DNA from: Opitutia bacterium KCR 482
Lineage (GTDB): Bacteria > Verrucomicrobiota > Verrucomicrobiia > Opitutales > Intestinicryptomonadaceae
Assembly: GCA_029269845.2 (NCBI GenBank)
Contig: CP149973.1
Coordinates: forward strand, 960,001-992,000
DNA: 32,000 nucleotides
Direction: 5' to 3'
In this document: piece after piece, positions 16,119 through 24,245 of the stretch
How the letters are laid out: each line of letters begins with the position of its first letter
How positions within the stretch are numbered: the stretch's first letter is position 1
Notes under the pieces: generated by a model
The model's database searches: none
Told to the model about the DNA's origin: nothing
Seen by the model: only the letters and a program-made list of their open reading frames with translations
Made by a program: the position numbers and the translations under genes

Positions 16119-17831
16119 CTACAAAGCCTCGCCGAAAACGGGGGTTTCGGTGATTCTGTCGCCGCCGGTTTCGGTGTTCGTGGAGGTTGCGTTTTTCGAG
16201 TTCACAAGGGTGTCGATTTCGCGCATGATTTTGTCGCGGTTTTTCGTGAAAATGAACTTGTCGCTCGAAAGGTTTTTGCGCGCCTCCAAGACAAGCTCGC
16301 GGGGGGGGCGGCGCATCGCAAGCAGGCGCACGATGTGCTTGTCGAGGTTAGTCGAGTTGCCCTGATTTATTTCGAACTGGATAAGCCGCGTGAGCGCAAG
16401 CTGGTGCTTTGGATATTTTTCCACCGCCGTCTCCAACAGCTTTTGCGCAAACGCCATCGCGCCGAGCTTGTCCATGCGCCGCGCCGTCGCCACGAGCACG
16501 CGCGGGGTCGCCGTTCCCCTGTTGAGAACGTCCTTCATGATGATTTCGGACATGTTGGCGTTGCCCGTGGCGTAGTAGGAAATCGCGCGGAGGCAGCCAA
16601 GAACGTCCTCGTAGCGTCTCGCCCAGACGGGTTTTTCCTTCAAAATCTCCTCGGAGAAATCGACCGCGCCCTTGTAGTCGCCGTCGGTAATCATGGTTTC
16701 GAGAAGCAGCAGGCAGAACGCGCCAATCGGAAAATTGTTAACAATTGCCCCGTCGTAGATTTTGCGCATTAGGGCGATGTTTCCGTTGTCGGCGGCGTAG
16801 TTGCCCAAGACGAGCATTGCGTTGTAGTCGCCCGCATACTGTTTCAAAAGGGATTCCTCGGCTTTTTTGACCGCCTCGGCGTCGCCCGTTTTCGCCTGCA
16901 AATTCAGGTATTCCATGCGCTGTTCGACCGAAAACGGATTCTCGATTGAGCGCAGCATCGAATACTGGCGCGCCTTTTCCAAGTCGCCCATCGTCTTGTA
17001 GTAGTTTACCAAAATGGCGTAAAGCGGCTCTTTATTTTTGGCGTAGTTGAAATTCTGCGCAATTATGTTGATTGCCTCTTCGCGGTTGCCCTGCTCCCAC
17101 TCGTTTTTCGAAAGGCGCAAAATTCCGGGGAGGGTTTTGTCGAGCTTGTACTTCACCAAATACTCCTTCGACTTTTCGAAATTGCCGTGCAGCGAATACA
17201 CCGACGAAACCGACATCGCAAGGTACGCGATGACGTCGTTGTTCGTGAGCGTCCCCGAAGTCAGAAGCTTCTCGGCGACGTCGAGCAGACGCCTGTCCTC
17301 TGTCTGGTCGATGAGCGTGCGCATGTAGAGCCGCATGAACTGCGTGTCGTTCTTCGCGTAGACGAGCGAACGCTCCATGACTTTTATGGCCATGTCGGGA
17401 CGCTTGAACATGGGCGAAATGTAGAATTCGGCAAGAAGCATTGCCCCGCGCACGTTTTTAGGCGAACGCCCCGTTCCGAAAGCGAGATTCTTGTAGGCGT
17501 CGCGCCACTTCGCCTCTTTTATGCACTGCTCCGCCTGCGCGATGTTGTAGTCGCCGATTGCAACGCGGAGCGCGGAGCGGTCAAAGGGATAGGCGAGCGC
17601 CTTGCCGACGGTCATTTCGTCGTACTTGATTGCGATTCTGAAATAGAAATACACAAACGCCGTAAGGAGCATGTACAGCGCGACGGCGAGCACGCCCAGC
17701 ACCGTGAAGAGCCTCGACCAAACTACCTGAACAACCCACACTCCGTTCGGTTTGCGGATTCTGCACAGCATTCCGAAGAACAGTGGATAATAATTGCCTA
17801 CGCCGTATTTTTCGCTTTTCTTGTTGTCCAT
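16119..17831 (-). CDS. Membrane-anchored TPR-like helical-repeat protein (570 aa)
   Basis: ATG ORF with an N-terminal hydrophobic span (LFTVLGVLAVALYMLLTAFVYFYF). Repeated A/Y/L-patterned helical units typical of TPR follow (e.g. KARQYSMLRSIENP, AVDFSEEILKEKP, AQKLLETAVEKYP). It ends 28 nt upstream of the patatin gene on the same strand. Confidence 0.7.
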   Translation of the reverse strand: MDNKKSEKYGVGNYYPLFFGMLCRIRKPNGVWVVQVVWSRLFTVLGVLAVALYMLLTAFVYFYFRIAIKYDEMTVGKALAYPFDRSALRVAIGDYNIAQAEQCIKEAKWRDAYKNLAFGTGRSPKNVRGAMLLAEFYISPMFKRPDMAIKVMERSLVYAKNDTQFMRLYMRTLIDQTEDRRLLDVAEKLLTSGTLTNNDVIAYLAMSVSSVYSLHGNFEKSKEYLVKYKLDKTLPGILRLSKNEWEQGNREEAINIIAQNFNYAKNKEPLYAILVNYYKTMGDLEKARQYSMLRSIENPFSVEQRMEYLNLQAKTGDAEAVKKAEESLLKQYAGDYNAMLVLGNYAADNGNIALMRKIYDGAIVNNFPIGAFCLLLLETMITDGDYKGAVDFSEEILKEKPVWARRYEDVLGCLRAISYYATGNANMSEIIMKDVLNRGTATPRVLVATARRMDKLGAMAFAQKLLETAVEKYPKHQLALTRLIQFEINQGNSTNLDKHIVRLLAMRRPPRELVLEARKNLSSDKFIFTKNRDKIMREIDTLVNSKNATSTNTETGGDRITETPVFGEAL

Positions 17832-18019
17832 GATTGAAAAATTGTCTCTTATTAAAAAAAGTTTTGACGATTTCCGATAAAATCCGAAATACGGAAAATG
17901 TAAAGCCCGAAAGTTTCCGCCTCCCCGCGCGAACGCCCGTTAAAAAATACGGGGGATTTAATGCTTGACAAGTTTGAAAAAATTTCAGAGATTTCTGCTA
18001 AATTGTAAAAAACAAACAC

Positions 18020-18035
18020 GCAATCGTGCGATTGC
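18020..18035. promoter_or_regulatory. Perfect palindrome upstream of the beta-barrel gene (candidate operator or 5' hairpin)
   Basis: gcaatcg tg cgattgc has 7-bp arms and a 2-bp centre. It lies 32 nt upstream of the ATG at 18068, inside an AT-rich divergent promoter region. Confidence 0.25.
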
Positions 18036-18067
18036 CCCAAAATTTAAAATCAACCAAATATCTAATA

Positions 18068-19243
18068 ATGAAAAAAATATTATCATCGTCTATCCTGCTC
18101 GCTGCCGCGCTTTCGGCAAGCGCCGCGCCTCTCGTCACGGTCGGAGACCAGCTCGACCTTTTCTTCAAGGGTGCCGTAATCGGCAAGTGGAACAGCAACA
18201 TCACAACAACAAGCAACAAGGCGAAAAAGTACGACGACTATTCGGCGACAATCCGCCTCGGCGCGGAAGCGGACTATGGCCGCAACAGCAAGTTCAAGGC
18301 GAACATCAAGTTCTTCGAAGACATTATCCGCTATGCCGACAAGAAAGAATTTAACGCGAACCTCGCACACGTAGCGGCGAACGCCTCCTACACGGAATCG
18401 GTATTCTCGCTCAAAGCCAACTTCTCGTTCGACCAGACCTACCAGAACACGTCGCAAACACTCGCGGCGGCGCAGGCGGGCGAACTCGTCCGCTCCAACG
18501 ACTGGAAAGCGGGTCTGCTCGGCTCGTACGACTTTTCCGAAAAGCTCTTTGGCGAACTCGGCGGCAACTGGTTGTACAAAGAATATCTCGGAAGATGGAG
18601 CAATCAATACTCCGACTACGATATGTACAGCGTTCCGCTCAGCGTGCTTTACAGAATAACCCCCAAGATTGCCCTCGGTCTCTCGTACCAGTACCGCTAC
18701 ACCACGTTTGAAGGCGGCAATCCGACGAACAAAATTCTCTACGGCAACAACCGCGAAGACCACTTCGGCGGCATCACGGTTCGCGGCGACATTCTCCCGA
18801 AGCTCAACCTTTCGGCGTACGCCGGCGTTTCCTACCGCAACCAGACAAGCGGTATTCTTGCAGGCGACGACACCACATTCTCGTGCTCGATGACGGCTTC
18901 CTACGAACTCACCGAAAAGGTCGGCCTCTTCCTCACGGGGCGTAGAGACTTCGCCAACGGTGCAGCTCGTCAAAGCTCGGTTGACAGCACATGCGAATTC
19001 GGCGCGAACTACCTGCTCAACCAGTTCGTCACCTTCACGACAAGCTTTGCCTACACCAACAGCGACTACATCGCAATCGACCGCAACGACGACGAATACG
19101 TTGGCCGCGTAGGCGTTTCCTACAAGCCCAACAAGTTCCTCACGCTCGGCGCGAACTACCGCTTCCTCGAAAACTGCTCGAACGTCGCTTCGGCGCGCTA
19201 CAACCAGCACTTGGTTGACATTTCGGTTGCGGTTAAATACTAA
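18068..19243 (+). CDS. Outer-membrane beta-barrel protein (porin-like)
   Basis: The internal ATG gives the signal peptide MKKILSSSILLAAALSASA/AP. Alternating amphipathic strands rich in Y/G/N/S/T run throughout (LSYQYRYTTFEG, GVSYRNQ, GVSYKPN). The C-terminus ISVAVKY ends in an aromatic residue, as in OMP beta-signals. Confidence 0.65.
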   Translation: MKKILSSSILLAAALSASAAPLVTVGDQLDLFFKGAVIGKWNSNITTTSNKAKKYDDYSATIRLGAEADYGRNSKFKANIKFFEDIIRYADKKEFNANLAHVAANASYTESVFSLKANFSFDQTYQNTSQTLAAAQAGELVRSNDWKAGLLGSYDFSEKLFGELGGNWLYKEYLGRWSNQYSDYDMYSVPLSVLYRITPKIALGLSYQYRYTTFEGGNPTNKILYGNNREDHFGGITVRGDILPKLNLSAYAGVSYRNQTSGILAGDDTTFSCSMTASYELTEKVGLFLTGRRDFANGAARQSSVDSTCEFGANYLLNQFVTFTTSFAYTNSDYIAIDRNDDEYVGRVGVSYKPNKFLTLGANYRFLENCSNVASARYNQHLVDISVAVKY

Positions 19244-19265
19244 TACATTTCATTGTTAGACAGAA

Positions 19266-19297
19266 AGGCCCGAATCCACGCGGTTCGGGCTTTTTTT
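19266..19297 (+). terminator. Intrinsic terminator after the beta-barrel gene
   Basis: Stem gcccgaa (19268-19274) paired with ttcgggc (19284-19290), a 9-nt loop, then T7 (19291-19297). Confidence 0.75.
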
Positions 19298-19392
19298 GTG
19301 CCCTGCTGTCCCCACTCCCGCGCTTAAAGGACACGGAGGACAAAAAGCAAAAGACGGTAAAAGACGGCTTGCGGCGCAGTCAAAACGGACAC

Positions 19393-19425
19393 AAAAAAAC
19401 TTCGGAGGAAATGCCGAAGCTTTTT
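19393..19425 (-). terminator. Intrinsic terminator after the MBL hydrolase gene (hairpin flanked by A- and T-runs)
   Basis: Stem cttcgg (19400-19405) paired with ccgaag (19414-19419), an 8-nt loop, a minus-strand T7 (plus A-run 19393-19399) and a plus-strand T5 (19421-19425). Confidence 0.55.
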
Positions 19426-19435
19426 GCGTCGCAAA

Positions 19436-20203
19436 TTAAGCCTCGTAGGGCGTGCTCGAAACGGAAAACGGGGAAACGATTTCTATGCGCTGCCTGATGT
19501 CGCCGATGTCTTCAATCAGCTCGGCTATGTGGGAAACGCTGTTGCACTCGCGCGAAATGTGGGCAAGATAGATTTTTTCGACAGTGTCGGGGGAAAGCCC
19601 GCGCATGATTGAAATTGCGTCCGAGTTCGACAAGTGCCCGTGAGAGCCTTTTATCCTTGCTTTCAGGCGGTACGGGCGCGGGGAATTTTCGAGCATGCGC
19701 GGGCAGTAATTGCTTTCGAGAACCAATACTTGCGCGGTTGAGGCCATGTCTTTTGCGAGCATTGTCGGCTTGCCCAAGTCTGTCAGCCAAACGAGGTTTT
19801 TGCCGCCAACGCAAAAGCGGTAGCCGACGGAGTCGCTGGTGTCGTGCGGGACGGGAAAGCCGCACACGCCTATCCCCATGAAGTCGAACTCTTTCCCGTC
19901 CTCGAATGTAGTCCATTTCAGCGACTTCGCCGCGGAATCGCCGTATCTGATAGATTCCGCGGTAAGTTGGTTCGCAAAAATTCTGGTATTCGGGCTTGAA
20001 AAATATTTGACCGCCTTGCAGTGGTCGGAATGCTCGTGCGTGATGAAAACGGCGTCGATGTCGTCGAGCGCCAAGCCGCGCGAGGCAAGGTAGTCTTTAA
20101 TTTTCCGAATGCCTACGCCCGCGTCCACAAGCGCTCGCACGCCGTCGTGTTCGAAATACGCGCAGTTTCCCGCGCTCGAAGTCTCTAAAATCTGGAAAAA
20201 CAT
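19436..20203 (-). CDS. MBL-fold metallo-hydrolase (YycJ/WalJ-like)
   Basis: The metallo-beta-lactamase motif ITHEHSDH (H.H.DH) is preceded by ALVDAG. A later GHLSN is present. It is 255 aa and cytoplasmic-looking. Confidence 0.85.
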   Translation of the reverse strand: MFFQILETSSAGNCAYFEHDGVRALVDAGVGIRKIKDYLASRGLALDDIDAVFITHEHSDHCKAVKYFSSPNTRIFANQLTAESIRYGDSAAKSLKWTTFEDGKEFDFMGIGVCGFPVPHDTSDSVGYRFCVGGKNLVWLTDLGKPTMLAKDMASTAQVLVLESNYCPRMLENSPRPYRLKARIKGSHGHLSNSDAISIMRGLSPDTVEKIYLAHISRECNSVSHIAELIEDIGDIRQRIEIVSPFSVSSTPYEA

Positions 20204-20204
20204 A

Positions 20205-21944
20205 TCATTTTTTGTTTACGGAATCGACGACCGCCTGCGCCGCCTTTGCCCGCTGCTCGGGCGAAACGCGGTTGATTGGAATGCGCGAAACCTTGTCCAC
20301 GAAAATTTCGCCGTTGCAGCCCACCTTGATTTCCTGTTCGGGATTCAAATAAGAGTCGCCCATGAAAAGAACCGCCGAGCCGTCGAGAAAAAACGCCTCC
20401 GCCGAATAGGTATCGAGGAAAATCATCGCCGACGTGAAGCCGTCGGGGCGCGGGTCGGTCGCTTTGATTGCGTACTTGTTCGTTTCTATGCGCGTGATTT
20501 CGTAGGATTCGGAGATTTTGGAGTAGCCAAACTTCGCCACTCCCGCGCGGAGCGAAAACCCGACAAGCTCGCTGGTGTCGAACGTGAACACGACCGCAAA
20601 ATTGTTGCCGACAGCCTCGGGAAGAGAAAACACGTTCGAGCGGAATTGGAGCTGCGGAATACCCAAAGCGTCCTCGGGTCTGCCGAAATGCCCCACGATT
20701 TCCTGCGGGACGGACGCGCGAAGGCGCAAACCGCGCTTTGTGTCGGCAAGGCGCAACTCCCACGGAATCGACGCCGACTGCGAGAACGACTGCCCCACAT
20801 CGCGCATTAAGTCGCCCGGCTGGTCTACGCGGGCGGTCGCCAGAATGCGCCCCGACGGAACGTTTTGCCAAATCTGCGCGCCGCGGGCGTCGCCGTAAAA
20901 CAGGCGCGCGGGCTTGGGAAAATCGCTCTTGAAATTGCCGCCGTCGAAGCCTCCGACAAGATAGGAGCCGTCGCCGCCCCAAAGAACGTATTTCCTGGTA
21001 TCGGAGGCGGAAACGTAAGTTTCGAAAAGCGTCGGCGACGGCATGTCGGCGGCGACCGAACCCGACAGCTTCCAGTTGGACAAATCCCGCGACGTGTAGA
21101 ATTCAACGACGTTCGAACCGCCCGACGAAACGCATTTTACCACAAGCCAAAGCTTTTGTTTTTCGAGATACGAAAGCGACGGAGAGCCGACCGACTTTCC
21201 GCCCAAACCCGAAAGAACCGCAAGCTCCGCGCCCTCCGACGAAACCAGAACGGTAGAGCCGTCCGACTTTTCGACAATCAGAATCACGCCCGAACCCGAA
21301 TCGAAAAATCCGCTTTTGTTGTTTTTGTCGAAAAATGCCGAACCCGCCACGGGATAGACCGCCGCGCCGTCCGAAAACACGGGGCGCATGACGTCGGGCT
21401 TGTAGTCCCAATTCACGAGGTCATCGCTGACGGCGTGGGCAATGAAATACGGCTCGTGAGGAGTCATCGCGTAGGGGTTGAAAAGAAAGTATGCGTGCCA
21501 AAGACCGCCGACTTTCACAAGCCCGCAGAAATCGCCCATGTAGCCGAATTTCGGGGTTAGGTGGAAAGTCGGACGCCCTCTGTCCTTCGAGTGGTCAATG
21601 TAGCCAAGCTCGTCCACCTGCCGAAAGCTCGGCTCTTTCGTCAAAGTCTGGTACGAAAACGTGATTTCGCCGCCCTTGAATTTCGACACGTCAACGGGCG
21701 CGTGCCACTGCGCGTTGCCGTCGGCAAGCAGCACCGAACCCGCAAAAACGGTGTTGCCGTCGGCGTCGGTAATTTTTACTTTGTTGTACCGTTCGCCGCC
21801 GTTCATGGGCAGAAGCAGCCAGTTTGCCTCGACCTTAACCTTCGCCTCCGAGACTCCCGTAAACGGTGGCGGGTCGGGATAGTCGGTCTGCGCGAATGCG
21901 GCAAATGCGGAAAGGAGAAGCGCAATAAAAAGGGGCAATTTCAT
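20205..21944 (-). CDS. Secreted GH32-like five-bladed beta-propeller protein (invertase/levanase fold) with atypical catalytic motifs
   Basis: Signal peptide MKLPLFIALLLSAFAAFA/QT. Blocks PTFHLTPKFGYMGDFCGLVKVGGLWHAYFLFNP, AHAVSDDLVNWDY, GSAFFDKNNKSGF and FYTSRDLSNWK parallel the GH32 blocks (YHF.P..GWMNDPNG...YH.FYQ.NP; HA.S.DLV.W; GSAV.D.NNTSGF; Y.S.DL..W). The expected RDP and EC motifs are not seen. Confidence 0.55.
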   Translation of the reverse strand: MKLPLFIALLLSAFAAFAQTDYPDPPPFTGVSEAKVKVEANWLLLPMNGGERYNKVKITDADGNTVFAGSVLLADGNAQWHAPVDVSKFKGGEITFSYQTLTKEPSFRQVDELGYIDHSKDRGRPTFHLTPKFGYMGDFCGLVKVGGLWHAYFLFNPYAMTPHEPYFIAHAVSDDLVNWDYKPDVMRPVFSDGAAVYPVAGSAFFDKNNKSGFFDSGSGVILIVEKSDGSTVLVSSEGAELAVLSGLGGKSVGSPSLSYLEKQKLWLVVKCVSSGGSNVVEFYTSRDLSNWKLSGSVAADMPSPTLFETYVSASDTRKYVLWGGDGSYLVGGFDGGNFKSDFPKPARLFYGDARGAQIWQNVPSGRILATARVDQPGDLMRDVGQSFSQSASIPWELRLADTKRGLRLRASVPQEIVGHFGRPEDALGIPQLQFRSNVFSLPEAVGNNFAVVFTFDTSELVGFSLRAGVAKFGYSKISESYEITRIETNKYAIKATDPRPDGFTSAMIFLDTYSAEAFFLDGSAVLFMGDSYLNPEQEIKVGCNGEIFVDKVSRIPINRVSPEQRAKAAQAVVDSVNKK

Positions 21945-22023
21945 ACTGTTTTAGAAATCGGAATAATAAAATAGTTCGCGGAACATTCAAAAAACGGCGC
22001 GGAAATTTTGCGAGCAAAAACGC

Positions 22024-22050
22024 AAAAAAAGACGCCGTTTGCGCGGCGTC
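22024..22050 (-). terminator. Intrinsic terminator after the FAD oxidoreductase gene
   Basis: Stem gacgccg (22031-22037) paired with cggcgtc (22044-22050), loop tttgcg, and a minus-strand T7 (plus A-run 22024-22030). Confidence 0.6.
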
Positions 22051-22153
22051 CAGAGCGAATTTTCAAATGCCGCCGCCCCGATAAAAACGCGCGGTGGGCA
22101 AAGCGGGCTGAAGCCGAGCCGCAACCGAATCGGCGGCGCGGAAATCGGGACTG

Positions 22154-24103
22154 CTACGCTTTCGGGAATTCGGCGTAGACCCTGACTTCGCAAACCACGA
22201 CTTTCGGCGAGCCGTTCGTCGCAAGGAACTCAGCGCGGAGCGACTTCACCTCGACGGGCGCGAACTCAGCGCGGACAAGCCGCTGGAAGTTGCCCCTGAT
22301 TTCGCAAAGCCTTCGCTCCGAAGCGTCGGGCAGAACGCCAACGATGTCGAAGTCGCGCACAAGCTCTTTCTGCGCGCCCCTGTACATGTTTTTCAGCAGA
22401 TACTCGGAATGCGTCTGCGAAAGCTCCGCGTGCCCGCCGTAGAACGCGAACTGCGCCGCCGAAATCTTCACGGGCGAAGCCCACGAAAGCGAAAGCTTCG
22501 GCTTCGATGCGGCGTCGGCAACCCAGCGGTTTTCAACGCCGTTGCGGGAGTCTATCGCGACGCCCGAAAGCACGTTTTCGGGGCGGCTTCCGTCGAGCGA
22601 TTCGCTTGCGGAAACCGACGCGGAACGCGCGATGTCGAGCGGGTCGGAATTTTTCAGTCCGAGAATCGTCTGGTCGTCGCGCAAAAGGGTTTGCTGCAAG
22701 TCGGAGAGCATGCCCGCGTCGGCGCGAAGCTGCGCGGGGAGAACGTTTGCGTCGATGCACGCCGCCGCCGCCGTGCCTACCGCCTGCCCAACCGCCGCGC
22801 ATGTGGACATCACGCGGGTCGAGGTAAACGCGACGTGGCTGCAACTGATGTTGCGCCCCGCCATCATCAAATTTTTCACGTTTTTGGAATAGAGCGAGGA
22901 CAGCCCGATATTGTAGAACGGCACTTTGCCGAACTGCCTGCACGGACGCCTGTCGGGGGCGTTGAAGCCCTTTGCGGGGTGGTCGTCCATCGACCAGCCG
23001 CCGACCGCGACGGCGTCGTCGAAGTTTTTCCAGCCGCCCATGATGTCGTGCTGCGTCATGATACGCTCGCCGACGATTCTGAAAGTGTCGCGCCGCCCCG
23101 GGACCATGGCGATTGAATCTATCGCGCGGTTGGCGGCTTCGGGATATTTGCCGCTGTTTTTTAGGTAGTCCCAAACGCCCATTACGATTGAGAGAAGCTC
23201 GAAGCGGAGCTTTTCGTTGTCGCCGATTGCGTCGCCGTCGCCGCCAAGCTCAATCCACCAGTAGCCGTAGGCGATCCCGTCCGCCTTTATGCTGCGGAAC
23301 TTCATCTGCTCTGGCGTGATTTTCTTTGCCCAGACGGGAGGCGTGAACGGCATGGGCTTGTCGTAAAGCTTCGACGTGAACATGATTGTCGAGCCCTGCC
23401 GCGTGCCGACGGGGTCGAAGTCCGCGAAAGATTCGCCGAACTTTTTCGAGCCGTCGCGCCCCGACATAACCTCCGCGCCCGCCTCCATCGCGAGACGGCA
23501 GTCGCCCGTGGCGTCCACAAAAATCTTGGCGGAAATTTCGTAGTTGCGGCGGGCGGTGTCGCAACGCGCGTAGGCGCGGGTGATTTTGCCGTCGGAGACG
23601 TCCGCGCCGCAGAGAGAAGTGTCGAGAAGCAGCGTTATGTTTTTTTCGGACACGCACTTGTCGTAGAGGAGGAAGTCCCACATTTCCCACGCAAGCTGCG
23701 GATTGTTTGCGGCGTTTGCAAGTTTAAGCTCTTCGATAATGCCGCCCTCGCGCCAGCCCGTTCGGGGCGAGTTTACGCCGAGCGGGTGCATCTTGATTTC
23801 GGAACTCGAATTTCCGCCGAGCCTCGACCTGTCCTGAACAAGCACAACTTTTTTCCCGTGCCTTGCAGCCGACAACGCCGCGCACACGCCCGCAAGACCG
23901 CCGCCCGCCACGAGAACGTCGCATTCGACGGCGAGCTTCTCCATGGTTTTGCCGTCGTTTACGAAGCGTCCCCCGAAAGTTTTTTCGGGCTTCCCCAAAA
24001 TTTTTCCGACTCCCTTTGCCGACGCCGAAGACGGCGCGCTCACAATCAGACTGTACCCCAGCATAGACGCCGCGGCCATGAAATCCCTGCGTTTTATTCC
24101 CAT
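22154..24103 (-). CDS. Tat-exported FAD-dependent oxidoreductase (PF12831-like)
   Basis: Twin-arginine signal MGIKRRDFMAAASMLGYSLIVSAPSSASA. Rossmann dinucleotide motif CDVLVAGGGLAGVCAALSAARHGKKVVLVQ......GGN. Its 649-aa size and layout match the FAD oxidoreductases that accompany glycan-degradation genes. Confidence 0.8.
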   Translation of the reverse strand: MGIKRRDFMAAASMLGYSLIVSAPSSASAKGVGKILGKPEKTFGGRFVNDGKTMEKLAVECDVLVAGGGLAGVCAALSAARHGKKVVLVQDRSRLGGNSSSEIKMHPLGVNSPRTGWREGGIIEELKLANAANNPQLAWEMWDFLLYDKCVSEKNITLLLDTSLCGADVSDGKITRAYARCDTARRNYEISAKIFVDATGDCRLAMEAGAEVMSGRDGSKKFGESFADFDPVGTRQGSTIMFTSKLYDKPMPFTPPVWAKKITPEQMKFRSIKADGIAYGYWWIELGGDGDAIGDNEKLRFELLSIVMGVWDYLKNSGKYPEAANRAIDSIAMVPGRRDTFRIVGERIMTQHDIMGGWKNFDDAVAVGGWSMDDHPAKGFNAPDRRPCRQFGKVPFYNIGLSSLYSKNVKNLMMAGRNISCSHVAFTSTRVMSTCAAVGQAVGTAAAACIDANVLPAQLRADAGMLSDLQQTLLRDDQTILGLKNSDPLDIARSASVSASESLDGSRPENVLSGVAIDSRNGVENRWVADAASKPKLSLSWASPVKISAAQFAFYGGHAELSQTHSEYLLKNMYRGAQKELVRDFDIVGVLPDASERRLCEIRGNFQRLVRAEFAPVEVKSLRAEFLATNGSPKVVVCEVRVYAEFPKA

Positions 24104-24245
24104 TTTTATATACCGATAGAATTTGATGTTGCCGACGCCGCGCGCCGTTTTTCGAAAAGTTTTACGGCAAACTCCGCGTTTGTCAAGACGCTATATGGCG
24201 CGAATTTGTCTTGAAAAGAAAACGCTTTTTAAGGAATATACGAGA

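Noticed and set aside
24170-24225. A 7-bp inverted repeat tcaagac/gtcttga with an 18-nt spacer in the divergent promoter region between the FAD oxidoreductase and TPR genes
   Set aside because: It is short, and I noticed no other copy. It may be an operator, but the evidence is too weak to report as a feature.
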